Assembly (NCBI GenBank): GCA_964106645.2
Contig: OZ067043.1
Reading direction: 5' to 3' (one strand)
Length of the DNA: 64,000 nucleotides
DNA from: Podarcis pityusensis
Lineage: Eukaryota
Numbering within the stretch: position 1 is the stretch's first letter; every line of letters begins with the position of its first letter. Under the pieces are notes generated by a model. It saw only the letters and a list, made by a program, of their open reading frames with translations, did not search any database and was not told the DNA's origin. A program made the translations under genes and the position numbers. Of this stretch, positions 13,014 to 26,388 are shown in pieces.

Positions 13014-13220
13014 CAGTCATACCTCGGGTTAAATATGCTTCAGGTTGAGCGCTTTCGGGTTGCGCTCCGCGGCGACCTGGAAGTAATGGAACGCGTTACT
13101 TCCAGGTTTTGCCACTCGCACATGCGCAAACGGTCAAAATGACATCACACGCATGCGCGGAAGCGGCGAATCGCAACCTGCAGGCGCGGGTTACGTTCGC
13201 TTCAGGATGTGAATGGGGAG
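13014..13220. mobile_element. Tigger-type MITE, one terminus only (CpG-rich)
   Basis: TA then CAGTCATACCTCGGGTT terminus, with repeated cttcaggtt motifs as in the 1651 family. No right TIR. Confidence 0.65.
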
Positions 13221-14285
13221 GCTATTATTGGATTATTGTAATTGAAAAATTAATAAAAATTATTATCAAGTAAAATGCACTGTGCAGATGCCAAGTTTTT
13301 TTTAGGTTTGCTAGGTATAAATATGATGAAAACATGTTTTTCTTTCCCTACAACTGGCTTGCTGCATTTGAAATCACAATTAAAATTTCCATGCCAAGAA
13401 GCAGTGTCCTTTTCCCTCTCCTCACCCCCACCCCTGGAAGTAGGGGCTTAGCTTTAGGGGTTTTGAGTTCATGGGCAAGGATAAGGAGTGTTTTGTAAGA
13501 TGCACATGTGACTGTTGGAGGTGGGGAGGACAATGATATGTACTTTCCATGCTGTTCTGTAGCCCACTGCCCACTGGGATTTCTACAGTGAGAGAGCATT
13601 TCCTAGCTGCAGCTGTGGTATTCTAAAAACGGGAAAATAAACCACACCAAAATGAGAGAGAGAGTAAGAGTAGTAAAATAACAGGACAGCCTGTGCTTTA
13701 TCAAATATTCAGACGGTAGGCCAACAAGCAGATGTAGTGGATCTGCCGCTAAGAGTGTAAACTTGGCCGTCCTTCAGTGGAACAGTCCCACCCATGGTTA
13801 GTGCACCTGCAGAGATTGAGGCTAGAACTCTTTTAGTGACCTTAGATTGAGGATTTATATAGATACTTCTGCTTTTGCTTTTGCTTTTCTCCTGACCATA
13901 TGGAAGGTTTTACTCTTTAACAGAAACTAAAACTAAGTTTGGACTTGACTTTGCAGGCTTTTACTAGCAGAATTGGGGTAAAGCCAGGATAGTCAAAGTG
14001 ATGCTGTTCATATGTTCTCAGACCCCAACTCATATTGGCCTCAGCAGCAAGGCCAATATGATCAGGGAAAATGGGGGTGTAGCTCAACAGGAATTTGAGG
14101 GAAGGTTGGGTACCACATTCGTTATGAAAACAAAACCATGTAATAATAACATTAAAATCAGAAGCCTATACTATCCAGTGAATAAGTCTACTCACATTAT
14201 TATCTCATTACCCAAGCTCTGGGCTGAAGAGCCCGAATACCAACAGGGAGGACAACTAAATTTTCCTGGGAGAAGTTAGGATGGC

Positions 14286-14465
14286 AAGCCAGTGTGGTGC
14301 AGTGGTTAGTGTATCTGATTAGGATCTTGGAGACCAGCTTGGGCCACTTGCTATCTCTCAGCCTAACTTACCTCACGGGGTGATTGTAATGATAAAATAT
14401 GAGAGAAAGGGGAGAGCACTATGCAATGTCACCTTGAGCTCTTTGGAGGAAAGGTTAGATATCAG
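14286..14465 (+). mobile_element. Old tRNA-derived MIR/CORE-like SINE with L2-type tail
   Basis: gccagtgtggtgcagtggttag head, ctctcagcctaacttacctcacggggtgattgt core, ccttgagctctttggaggaaagg tail. Similar degraded pieces near 19985-20150 (-) and 43540-43715 (+). Confidence 0.6.
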
Positions 14466-17400
14466 TGTAACTGCTCATCCCACAAAGCCTTGGGCAGCCA
14501 GTGAGAGAGCCCTCCCACTCCCAGTGTTCAACCTTGCTTCTGAAATGGAAAGGAGCTCACAGATCTATGTTCTGGGAAGGTGCTCTAGGCATAAAAGGTA
14601 GTAAGGGAAAATGGGCAGAACTGTTACAACAGACAACTTGGTAGGAGTGGCAGCAGAATGGTGGAGAGGAGGTCGTGGGCAGAGATACAAAGGCAACAGA
14701 GGGTGGATAGGTAGCCTTGAAATTTTAAATTGTGATTGACTCTCTCAGCATTAAGCATCAGGTAAACGTCAGTTATTTTTTTTTAAAAAAAACACTTTTA
14801 AAAGTAGCAGCTGCAACATCTTCTGACCATGAATCCTGTAGGTTAATTACACATTGTATGTGGAAGTGTATACCTAATGAGTTTCTAGAGTGTTTGTTCA
14901 GCTCTTTAAACCTCTTAAGTTACTTGTTGGGAAATGGATGCGGATTTAGTAGTGAATTCCAAGGCAGAGCCACTCCCCCCCCCCTTCCAGAATTCCTTGT
15001 TTTCATGGAAAGGTGTCTGGGAAGAGGATTGGGTTGCATTCCCATATGTTTGTTTAAAGAAGATGAGCTGCGTGAGAACTTTTGGAGGAAGTGCGCTTTT
15101 TAAACATGAAATAGTTAGAGAGGCTTTGGTCAGGGAATTATTTGTGGTTTTAAGATTGACGCGTCTTGTTATCTGGTCTGGTGGATAGCATATGGACCAG
15201 AGAATGAATATAATGCTTTCCTTAAAGTTGGCATAAAGCTTTACAAAAGAACATCATCAGCTTGTTTAACTAAAGTTTGAGTTAAATGGAAGCTTAGCTT
15301 AAGAATACTTCTTGAACATAGGATTCACTTATTTCAATATGTATTCAAAGCAGGGAGTCAAATTTAATTGGGGAGAGTTTCAGTTCTGTTTCAGCTGTTA
15401 ACTGAAGTCTGCTGGAGGGCTGCAAACCCAGTAAAGGATAAATAATCGAAAATGAGATGAAACAGTAAAGTAGTAGAATCTACTTATCATGAATATCACA
15501 GTGCTGGTTTACAAAATGGGGCATTTCAAAATGGTGGATGTTCTGTGACAAAACCTCCCAAACTGGTAGCAGCCACCACAGATGTGCTGTGTGTAGCTTT
15601 GCTCTCTGAACCTGCGCACAAATGGGTATGATTTTTAACTTGGTGATTCCATGTGCTCTGTTGCCATGTGGTTTTGCTGAACATGTTCATGAACTGAAAT
15701 GGTTTTACCGAGAAACTAGAAGGGGCTGCCATGCATACTGTCCTGCTCTTGTACAGTTGAAATGGATATGCCCAGTCCGTCTTGTTGCAGCAGTGATTAC
15801 AAAATGAAAATAGCCTCATGTTGGCACCAAACCAATGTGTAGTAGTGACGATGGCATCCAGTCAACATTCTTCTTGCAAATTTGCTGCTGTCCCACCTAA
15901 TTTTGTCACTTGGGATTACTAGCAAGGCACCCCTTGAGGTTCTTCTGCAAGGAATGCCCATTTATTTCATCATTGATGCAGAAGATCCTAATGCTTTTCA
16001 ACAAAGTTGTGTTTCCATTGGCAGGAAATACTACTTTTGTGTTTTGATGTTTAGAAAATGAGGCCACACCATGGGGCTGGGGAAGCAGAAGTTCCGTCAG
16101 TGGGAGATGACATGCTGTTTCTTAAAATTCTTAACTTGGCACACCCACTGCAATATAGAGAAGGCAGAATGAAATGCATGGGAAACATGAAGAATGAGAT
16201 TTTTTCAGTATTGGGAAAGAAATAATGGAATTGGATTGAACCGTGAGATTGAAACCATTAGATGGTGTGTGTAGCTGATGAACTGTGATTTACATTATGA
16301 AGCACACAATTTTTTTCAGATACTAAGCAATAACTAATGTATAATATTTTACTAACTAGTATTTTTTTAAAAAAGTGAGTACTTTCCTGTAATCTCATTT
16401 AACACCAGTAAACCAATTGCTTTCTCTACAGATGTGCCCATATCTCTTTGACACATTTTTGAAAAGAAGAAAAAATGTATTGATACTTCTCTGAGCTCCT
16501 TCATCCAACCCTTCAGTATGATCTCCCCTGAACATAAAAGGGGGGGATCCTTATCAGTTTTACCTCTCTCTGTCAGAAAGCAAGTAAGACTGACAAGACC
16601 CCTATGTAAGTAAGAAAATGGTCCTTAGGGTTGACTCGCTTAATACTGTATGGATGAGGCCATACCTCAGTTGTAGAATCAGGCGCCCTCTTAACATGCA
16701 AATAAATATTTTGCTCAAATCATGTTGCCTGGCCTTGTTCTTGCTTTTATATACCTTCAACTTTCTCCATTCTCCGTTCAGAATGCAAGCTATTTTTAAG
16801 AATCCTAAACCCAACACCCTTCCCTGCAGCTTCACAATTTTGAGAAAGTGATCTCCAGTCTTAGACTTGTCTTTTTGCCTCATACCTAGATTGCTATCAT
16901 TCCTGATGTTATCTTTGATGAATGAAGTAATTTTATCCATGATGAATAGAGTTATATTTTCTTGTGTTAAATTCTATGCACCACACCTTTTTAAAGAAAC
17001 TAGCTTTCTGCAATAGCTTTGGAACTTCTTTTGCAGCAGAATATGATGTTTGGTTGGCAGATTTCAGACTGGAGTACTGGTAAAGCTGCTCTGTTGAATA
17101 AGTAGTAGTGGTGGTGATAGCACTACTAGTAGTAATAATGGGAGTAAGAATAACAATAACAATAACTGGTTAAAACTTAGGCACTGTCAGTTCCATGCCT
17201 TTTTGTTCACTGCATTCAATATTGCAACCTCTTCCCATTATAGTAAGAACTATCCTATGAAAGGTTTGCAAAATAAAGGCTGCACCACTAGGGCTGTTCC
17301 TTTTTAAAGTGAAGAATACCCGGCATTCATTCAGAGCATTTTCCTGTTAATGCTGACCAGGGAATGAGTCATTGACCACTTAATAATCTAATTGATGGAG

Positions 17401-17589
17401 CCATTGAACCAGCTCCAACTGACTCCTCTGTTCCTCAGTTTTCACCTGGCAGCAACTGCAAGAGCCAAAGAGATCATTGGAGGCAGCACCATGCTATTGA
17501 CTCTTGCTGAGACACCAGCTCCACTTGGCTCCTCTTCTCCAACTGTTTCCACCACAGCTGGTCCTTACAAGAACTTTCTTCCTATAACA

Positions 17590-18440
17590 ACTGGTACAGC
17601 AACATTTAGAGTTCAAAAGAACTCTCATTAATCTGATTAGGTTTCAATAACAATGGCCAAGTTGGTGACTATAATTTTGGTATTTGGAGTGGGTTAGGGA
17701 TGCGAGGCCTGATGGGGGATGTTGCTAACCGACTGCTTCTTGGGGTTGTTAGCTGTTCAGAATGGAGATATGGGATATATAACTTGGTAAATGAAATCTG
17801 GTTCTTGAATTCAGAACCACTGTTAATAGGTATTTGGTCAATTTTAGTTGAATTCTGGCCAACATGGGAAATGGAAGATCAGGTAGCCAAGAATTATTTG
17901 AGACACAAGCAACACAGCATTAATGTTGTTTTCAGCTCCAGGGAAGTAAAATGTTGGGTTAAGCAGAAGATTATGGGTGAATGGCAAAAATATTGGGAAG
18001 CAAGTCTCATGAGTAGGAGGAAGGTATTTTTATTTTTTTGACCAGCTTTGAGAGACTTTTAGATCTTTAATCACCAGATGAAACAAGTTGCTTTACTTAG
18101 TATTTTGGCAGGGCACTGTGCTCTTTAGAGTAATTTATTTAATGTCGGACAGATTGATGCTGGGTTTTGTGTAGTTTGTGAACCGGAAGAAACAGCTGAT
18201 CATGTAGTATAGGACTGTTTGAGAGGGAGCCTCCTCCGCAAGCTGAACAACTTGAGCATTGTAACTTAACCTTGGGGGGCTGTTAAAGGACAAAAATATT
18301 TGGGATCAAATGCTGACGATTTTGTGGAAGTTCTTATGAGATACTACACTTTATGAACAATGGGAATAAAGGAATATACATGGTGATAATATGGTCTCCC
18401 TGTTGCCTTCACACCCTTAAAACCCAAGAAGAGGAGGAAG
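17590..18440 (+). mobile_element. Decayed I-group (Nimb-like) LINE 3' end with RNase H and CCHC zinc knuckle
   Basis: Conceptual translation across stops and frameshifts gives SD*VSITMAKLVTIILV / LEWVRDARPDG ... EMEDQVAKNYLRH...SSREVKCWVKQKIMGEWQKYWEAS ... ILAGHCAL*SNLFNVGQIDAGFCVVCEPEETADHVV*DC ... LWKFL*DTTLY. It ends aaaacccaagaagaggaggaag. Confidence 0.7.
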
Positions 18441-18734
18441 TACTGTCTAAGTTTGCTCTTGTTTCCTCCTCCGGCCGCAGCCGCTTTTGTCTTATAGATT
18501 GTAAGCATGAAGGCAGGGGTTGTCTTGGTTTACATTGATCTTTAAGGGCACTGGGGGAGCCTTTCCCACTTAAAAGCAGGGTAAAATGATTCAAACCTAT
18601 AACTAATCCACAGCTAATCTTGTGACCAAGAAAAGTGTGAAAGAAACCCACTGTAACCTTGCAAGCTATTACTGGAAGCATGAATGCGCTCAGGCTGTAT
18701 TTCCTAGTAATACTTACCAGGTGCCTCCACCTTA

Positions 18735-19086
18735 AAAAGGTAAAGGGACCCCTGACCATTAGGTCCAGTCGTGGCCGACTCTGGGGTTGTGGCGCTCATC
18801 TCGCTTTATTGGCCGAGGGAGCCAGCGTACAGCTTCCGGGTCATGTGGCCAGCATGACTAAGCCGCTTCTGGCGAACCAGAGCAGCGCATGGAAACACCA
18901 TTTACCTTCCCGCCGGAGCAGTAACTATTTATCTACTTGCACTTTGACGTGCTTTTGAACTGCTAGGTTGGCAGGAGCAGGGACCGAGCAACAGGAGCTC
19001 ACCCCATTGCGGGGATTCGAACCGCCGACCTTCTGATAGGCAAGTCCTAGGCTCTGCAGTTTAACCCACAGCGCCACCTGCGTCCC
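18735..19086 (-). mobile_element. Full-length Sauria SINE
   Basis: Head gggacgcaggtggcgctgtggg on the minus strand, aaaggtaaagg tail, 12-bp TSD gcctccacctta (18723-34 and 19087-98). Confidence 0.9.
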
Positions 19087-20544
19087 GCCTCCACCTTAGT
19101 GCAACACAAATTATCACATTGCAGCAACATACAGTATAAGGCACAGAGTGTAAAGCAGGAATAGCAAACTAGTGGCCTGTAGACTGGATCTGGACTCTGG
19201 AGTCTCACCCACCCTGTTGGGTCTACCAAATGTGAATCAGATTGTCATTAGGTTCACTTTCAAAGAAAACAAATGTTTATACATTGTAAGATTTTGAGAG
19301 ATTTCATGCTTTTAGATCACAGTCTCTTGGATCAATTTTTTATATAGTGTTCCTTATGCCTGAGTGCATGTGCTCTATAACAGCAAAGCCCTTACTGCTC
19401 AGTGGAGACTGGTAACTTATGAGGGACTTGTTTTGTGGTTAATTACTTTGACTGACTCATTGACCATTGCCTGTACTACGTATAGAATGGCCTCTGTGGT
19501 TACAGAAGTTGATCTGGTGTAAGACATATCGTACTATTCAGTGCATTTGCTTCCTTCGCCTCCTTTTAGGAAACACTTGCAAAGAAAGACTAGTGGGGTA
19601 AGCTGAAGCATTGGAAACCTCTTGAACTTAATCCGGATGTAAGGGTTTCTTTAGCTTGCTGCTAAAGTCCCTGTTAGCATTTGTGGGGTTGAAGGGAGAA
19701 GGAAGCAAGGCTACAGGGGGTCCTGTACTTCAGGCAAGTCAGTGGAAATACTTTATAATAAAAATCAAACTAAACCTAATGAATTGGGTTTTATATCATG
19801 CGTGGCTTTCCATTAAGTGCTTCTGCAGCTGCTTTTATAGCCTGAACTTAAATATCTGTCAGTCCGATATTGTTAAGCTGTAGAAAATACTTACTATGGC
19901 TTGGAGGAATAAACATTGAGCTGCAGAGAGTGGTTAGCTTCAATGGATTGTTCTATTTTAAATTGTTTTGTTAGTGCTCGCAGTGCCTCACATACATTAT
20001 ATCAGTTAGCCTCATCGATGACCCTGCAAGGTAGTTGGCTATTACTATCCCCATATGATGGATTGGAGAGACGAAATAAAGAGCAGCTTTTCGTAGTTCG
20101 TTTGTGGCTAAGGTGACATTGAAACAAGGGCATCTCATATTCTACTCCTTGCTACTGTTTTGCTTTAGATCTGCTTCTATACCAGGGTAGTTCTACCTTC
20201 TGATTTGAGGTAAAGGCCAAAGGAATATACTCATAATTCTGTAAACTGGATCACTTAAGTGGGGGGGAAATTAGGATCTTTGCTCATGGTGTTGAATGTA
20301 GAGGGTTTTTTGAGCAATGTATATGGGATGCTCCTGGGTAGCTAAGGCTTTCCTGTTTTGAAAGGGTTTGAAGAGTGGAGTGTTCCTGGTTTGAATATCA
20401 GTTTTAAGTTTGCTTTCGTACTGGACACTTGGGAAGGGATTCCTGAGGAAATCATTGCACATCCATTTACAGTAGGGGGTTTTGTTTTGCTTGTGCTTTT
20501 AGAAAAAGTGTTTGCTGATTCTTGTTCTTTTGAAACCAAAAATT

Positions 20545-21292
20545 AATAATAATAATAAATTTTATTTATATCCCGCCCTCCCCAGCCGAAGCTGGGCTCA
20601 GGGCGGCTAACAACAATTAAAATAATCCAACATTCTAAAAACATTCATTATAAAATTAATTAAAATCAAATTGATGGCAACCATTAAGCAAAATTCTGTG
20701 CAGATTGCCAGAGGAGGGGGTCAGGCTGGTGGAACAGCTCTGTCTTGCAGGCCCTGCGGAAAGATGTCAAGTCCCGCAGGGCCCTAGTCACTCGTGACAG
20801 AGCGTTCCACCAGATTGGAGCTGCGGCCGAGAAAGCCCTGGCTCTAGTTGAGGCCAGCCTAACCTCTCTGTGGCCTGGGACCTTCAGGATGTTTTTATTT
20901 GCAGACCGTAGGTTCCTCTGTGGGACATACCAGGAGAGGCGGTCCCGTAGGTACGAGGGTCCTAGGCTGTATAGGGCTTTAAAGGTTAAAACCAGCACCT
21001 TAAACCTGATCCTGTACTCCACCGGGAGCCAGTGCAGCTGGTATAGTACCGGATGAATGTGATCTCGCAGCGAAGACCCCGTAAGGAGTCTCGCCGCGGC
21101 ATTCTGCACCCGCTGGAGTTTCTGGGTCAGTCTCAAGGGCAGCCCCACATAGAGCGAGTTACAATAATCCAGTCTGGAGGTGACCGTCGCGTGGATCACA
21201 ATGGCTAGGTCAGGGCGAGAGAGATAAGGAGCCAACTGCTTAGCTTGGCAGAGATGAAAAAATGCCGCCTTTGTTATAGCTGTAATCTGCGC
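20545..21292 (-). mobile_element. L2-clade LINE 3' fragment (RT C-terminal region), young
   Basis: Open ORF ...VTSRLDYCNSLYVGLP...QNAAARLLTG...HIHPVLYQLHWLPVEYRIRFKVLVLTFKAL..., with a terminal (AAT)n tract on the + strand. Confidence 0.9.
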
Positions 21293-21589
21293 TATAAAAC
21301 ACAAGCTCTGATTTCTCCTTCTTAACAGCATACATTTCTGAGGCACTATCTACACAAAAGGAGGTGATTGAATGAACAACTTCAGGGTTTAAGTAGGGGT
21401 ATCATTTAATGTTCCTCTACTTGTTTTTTTTATTAAAGAAAATATCATACTATCCTTGAGAGTAAAAACAACAACAGACAAGGCTAGTTTTTTTCCTGCC
21501 TGATGTCTTAGCTTTTTTCAACTTGTGAGGAATCTGTATTTATAAGAAATTAGTGAATTATGTAAATTAACTCATGATCCGTGCATCTT

Positions 21590-22437
21590 ATAATAATAAT
21601 ATAATAATTTATTATTTATACCCCACTCATCTAACTGGGTCCCCCCAGCCACTCTGGGCGGCTTCTAACAAAACACTAAAATACAGTAATCTATTAAACA
21701 TTAAGAGCTTCCCTAAACAGGGCTGCCTTCAGATGTCTTCTAAAAGTTTGGTAGTTATTTTTCTCATTGACATCTGGTGGGAGGGCGTTCCACAGGGCAG
21801 GCGCCACTACCAAGAAGGCCGTCTGCCTGGTTCCCTGTAACTTGGCTTCTCGCAGTGAGGGAACCGCCAGAAGGCCCTCAGTGCTGGACCTCAGTGTCCG
21901 GGCAGAACGATGGGGGTGGAGACGCTCCTTCAGGTATACTGGACCGAGGCCATTTAGGGCTTTAAAGGTCAGCACCAACACTTTGAATTGTGCTCGGAAA
22001 CGTACTGGGAGCCAGTGTAGGTCTTTCAAGACCGGTATTATATGGTCTCAGTGGCCGCTCCCAGTCACCAGTCTAGCTGCCGCATTCTGGATTAATTGAA
22101 GTTTCCGGGTCATCTTCAAAGGTAGCCCCACATAGAGCGCATTGCAGTAGTCCAAGCGGAAGATAACCAGAGCATGCACCACTCTGGCGAGACAGTCTGC
22201 AGGCAGGGAGGGTCTCATCCTGCGTACCAGATGGAGCTGCCCTGGACACAGAATTGACCTGCGCCTCCATGGACAGCTGTGAGTCCAGAATGACTCCCAG
22301 GCTGTGCACTTGGTCCTTCAGGGGCACAGTTACCCCATTCAGGATCAGGGAGTCTTCCACACCCGCCCGCCTCCTGTCCCCCCAGAACAGTACTTCTGTC
22401 TTGTCAGGATTCAACCTCAATCTGTTAGCTGCCATCC
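21590..22437 (-). mobile_element. L2-clade LINE 3' fragment (second subfamily)
   Basis: WMAANRLRLNPDKTEVL...LGVILDSQLSMEAQV and LHWLPVRFRAQFKVLVLTFKALNGLGP, frameshifted; AAT-rich tail. Confidence 0.9.
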
Positions 22438-23689
22438 ATCCATCTCTTCCGCGAAGAGAGTGCTGAACAGGGTGTTGCCTTGCATGCTGGGAAGAATCTT
22501 TTTGTGTCCTCCACCTCGGGTTTAGAGGATAAAGACCCAATTCTTACATTGCCAAGCTTGTGTGGAAGATGCTCTTCCCTCCCCACCTCCAAAGTTTCAG
22601 TCTCATCACCTTGGTACCAAATAGAGTTCTGACCCACATGGGACTGAGCTGAGTTTCGAGGCCAGCAGATGGATGGGAGGATGGCAGTGCTGGTATGGAA
22701 AGGAGTAACGTGATTTAACCTGACCCCACATGATTCAAGAGTTTCATGTGTTACCAAAGCAACAGTGAAAGAAACCAGGTGGTTTGTAGCGCCTCGGATG
22801 TCAGCCACCCTGTCTTTGAGGAGAGTTTCCACCTCTTCCTGTAAATCCATATCTAAACCACTCTTTTCCCTTGAAGTCCATTCTTAGACCTCATCTTCAA
22901 CCCTTAGATGTGCTTATCCTTAAGTCTCCCTCTCTTTGCCTGTTGTCAGAATTTGGGTTATAAAGATAACAAGGGGTCATCTCTCTCTGCTTATGTTACT
23001 TCGTAAGGAGTCATGCTGAGTTGTGGTACTCTACAAAGAATACACCAGAATATAATTGCAACATTAGTCTTTCCCTAAACTTTTGACTATGTCTTGTAAA
23101 ATCAGTTTTGGCGTGCTTGTGGCAGCAGTAGCTGTGGTTATCTCTAGAGATACTTCATGGTTTCTCAGCACTGGCACTCCTTTGTTAATAAATCATGATA
23201 ACTTTGGTTTCCAAATGTCATATGATTTCATTGCACAAATGAGCACACTCTGAGAATGTAATCCTTGCTAAGGCCTTCTTTTCTGTGGGAATAAACAAAA
23301 TTGAAAGTAGGTGAAATTTGAGGACTTCCGTGGACAGAGGGCCATGCTGCAAAATGCTCTGAACATCACATTGTCACTCCTCTCCCCCTACCCATGCCAA
23401 CGCTAGCCAAAGCATAAGGCACGTTCTGTCTTTGCCATGGTGAACTGAGTGGCAGTCTACACATTTCACCCAAGAGATGCTGGAAGTAGCTACTCTAATG
23501 TGCATCCTTTAAAAAGAAAGTATTTTAGAATGAATGTTCTTGGAGTGGTGTGTGGGCCTCTGTTTGTCCCTTGGCCCATATTGCAAGAGAGTGGCAGGAA
23601 CAGGGTTTGTAAATGCTTCACTGAGAGAAGTTGCAGTCACAGCTGACTTGAAGCAAGCTTTCGTTAGGATGCGCCTGAAGAAGCAGTCC

Positions 23690-23926
23690 ATATACCCAGA
23701 TGACTATCAACTATTAACCAGTCACAAACATGAGCAAAGGTGCTCAGGCAGGTGGTGATGCCTTGACTTCAAACACTTATGGAGGATGTGGATTATCTGA
23801 AACTATTTCAATCTGGTTTATGGTCCATGATTTTATGTAGTTCCAGATAATAGTTGAAATGGGAGATGGTGTGATACTGCTAGTTCTACTGGCCTGCTCA
23901 GTAGCTTTCAATACCATCAACCATGG
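23690..23926 (+). mobile_element. Old L2-like RT fragment
   Basis: Degenerate EDVDYLKLFQSGL...ILLVLLACSVAFNTINH, matching the RT motifs in 47525-47700. Confidence 0.5.
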
Positions 23927-24399
23927 AAGGAAGATGAATATTTAATTGCTGACTGCATATTGGGGGGGGGGGGGGGTTTGGGCGGCTGTTTTTATATTAC
24001 CGATGGTTTTATGATCTTCTATAAACTGCTGCATTGAGCACTAAAATTAGATTTTGATAAAAGCATGTGAATGCTGTAAATTCTGGGTGAAGTTATTGAA
24101 TGTCCAAAAATAGGTGCACATTTGCCTACTTTCCAGATGTGTACCAATGAATGTTGACTAATTTGTTTAGATGACTGGCAACAGTTATCTGTGTTCCTGG
24201 GTCCCTCATACTGTTCATCTGACGTTATTAACATTCATGTGTGAATGTTACTTTTTGTCAAAGTGTGGATATTCACTGAAACACAGCACTGCTTTCTCTT
24301 TATCCAAATGTACAAGAGGCCACGACTTTGTAACACTACTGCCATACATTGTGGTGTCGATCACTGTGCAATTTCAGCATCATCCACTTTGCAGTACAT

Positions 24400-24535
24400 C
24401 AAGCATAGGCAAACTTGGCCTTCCAGATGTTTTGGGACTACAACTCTCATGATCCCTAGCTAAGAGGACCAGTGGTCAGGGATTATGGGAATTGTAGTCC
24501 CAAAACATCTGGAGGGCCGAGTTTGCCTATGCCTG
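24400..24535. mobile_element. Short palindromic hAT MITE
   Basis: Long inverted repeat gcataggcaaact...ccagatgttttgggactacaa / ttgtagtcccaaaacatctgg...agtttgcctatgc with perfect 8-bp TSD cagtacat. Confidence 0.9.
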
Positions 24536-25918
24536 CAGTACATACAGCAAAACAGATTGCTAACTTCCAAGTCCCATTCTGTGGTCATGAATCCACTTGA
24601 GAGGATGTAGTGCCCTCCACTTGTAGTGCCATTGGTTTTTCCAGTGTGCCAATTCAAGGGGATGGCTGGCATGCTCTTCCAACTTCCATTGGCTGGTGCG
24701 CAGTCCAGAAGGTATGATAAGTGTGTACAGACCAGCACTCCTCTCCTGCCCACTACCAAGGCTATGGCAGCCCCTAGCAATCCAGGCAGCCCTCCTCCTT
24801 TGCCCAGGTGCCTAATTCTCACCATCCACTTCCCCTTCTTCCATACAATTAGAGTGCAAGGTTCATTGGTCTGCAAAAATGAAATGGAAATGAAGGCATT
24901 GGCATTGTGTTAATGTAACTCATTATTAGCTTTGAAAATGGAATTCCCCATGTATGACACCTGCCAAGTCTTGTGCTTCATCCTGTTTAGTGATAGCAGC
25001 TTGTTTGCTTTAGATACTTTGTGGTGAGATCAGCGACTCAAGAGAAGTCTTTCATGCATTTTGAATTTTACAAAACCCTGGAAACGGATATTTTATTTTA
25101 AAGGAAAAGTGTTTTATTTTTACCAAACTATTGGGGTTTGCAAGATGATTGTGAAACTAATTGTTAGTGAGTAGCCCATAGTGTAGCCGAATAGGTTTTC
25201 TAGGGAGCCACCCAAACCAGTTTAGTTGGTTTCCTCATCAAAGACAGAAATAGACTCTGCAATGGTTATGGACTTTCCCCAGGTATCAGAACAGGGTTAT
25301 TTCAGTGCACTGCTTCTTGGCTGCCATCCCAACAATCGTGTCAGCTCCTGGGGTGTGTAAAATGCAGGGTGGAGATACTGTTTTCAGGCAGGCAGGCCTC
25401 CTGGAAGACCCGGCTTAAGGTTTCTCTCTGACTGTGCAGCCTCACGCATATCTACTGAGAAACTGCATTGAATCCAATGGGGCTTGCACCCAGGTGGGTG
25501 AGTGAGTGTTTGTTTGCAGCCTGAGAGTGAAGGTGAGTGTGGGAAGGCTACCTATCTCTCCAGCTTTAATTCAGTTTTTGGGCCCTGGGGTGTGTTTTAG
25601 CCTCTGGCATTGGTGACCTCATCCTTTGCAACCACACACTGTTTAACTTAGGGTGTGAGCAGTCATGCTACATGTGTGGCTGCTAGCCTCAAGCACCACA
25701 GTGCCTCTTGCAACTGAATCTCTCTGCATGCACGGTGAACTTGCACAATCACTTGCTTTATCTTTCTGGAAAAAGGTTAATGTATTTAAAAATTTCAGCA
25801 GTATGGTTGCAGTAAAATGGGACCTCGTATCCTTGAATACTAAGAGAATTGCAACGTTTTGTTTCTAGGCAGCCAGTGGGATTTATTTCTGAGCACATTC
25901 TGCTTTTCAAGCTGTATA

Positions 25919-26142
25919 CAGTGGTACCTCGGGTTAAGTACCTAATTCGTTCCGGAGGTCCGTTCTTAACCTGAAACTGTTCTTAACCTGAGGTACCACT
26001 TTAGCTAATGGGGCCTTCCTCTGTTGCCGTGCCGCCGGAGCAGTTTCTGTTCTCATCCTGAAGCAAAGTTCTTAACCCGAGCTACTATTTCTGGGTTAGT
26101 GGAGTCTGTAACCTGAAGCGTATGTAACCCGAGGTACCACTG
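25919..26142. mobile_element. Tigger-type MITE (same family as 1651, opposite orientation)
   Basis: CAGTGGTACCTCGGGTT...AACCCGAGGTACCACTG, TA flanks. Confidence 0.9.
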
Positions 26143-26215
26143 TATATGGCAGAATACCCATGCTACCTACACTCTGCCTTGCAAGATCTAGGAAATCTGT
26201 TATGCAATGTGATAT

Positions 26216-26293
26216 TATTTTTTTACTATTTATTATTTTATTTATTGAATTTATATCCTGCCTTATACCCAGAGGTCTCAGGGCGGTTCACAG
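26216..26293 (-). mobile_element. L2 3' tail
   Basis: Reverse-complement match to the tail at 48840-48890 (tgtgaac.gccctgagacc...ggtata..gc.g.atataaattcaa). Confidence 0.75.
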
Positions 26294-26354
26294 AGTTGGT
26301 GGCAACTTTCTGGCTTTTAGGCATTGCTGTTGCTTCACTCTCTGTATGTATGTA

Positions 26355-26357
<3 letters not shown>

Positions 26358-26385
<28 letters not shown>
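26358..26385. repeat. (TG)n microsatellite
   Basis: Directly visible. Confidence 0.95.

Positions 26386-26388
<3 letters not shown>

Noticed and set aside
20684-21346. 220-aa ORF as a host gene
   Set aside because: It is the C-terminal part of an L2 ORF2, 5'-truncated and lacking the RT core. The start lies in flanking DNA.
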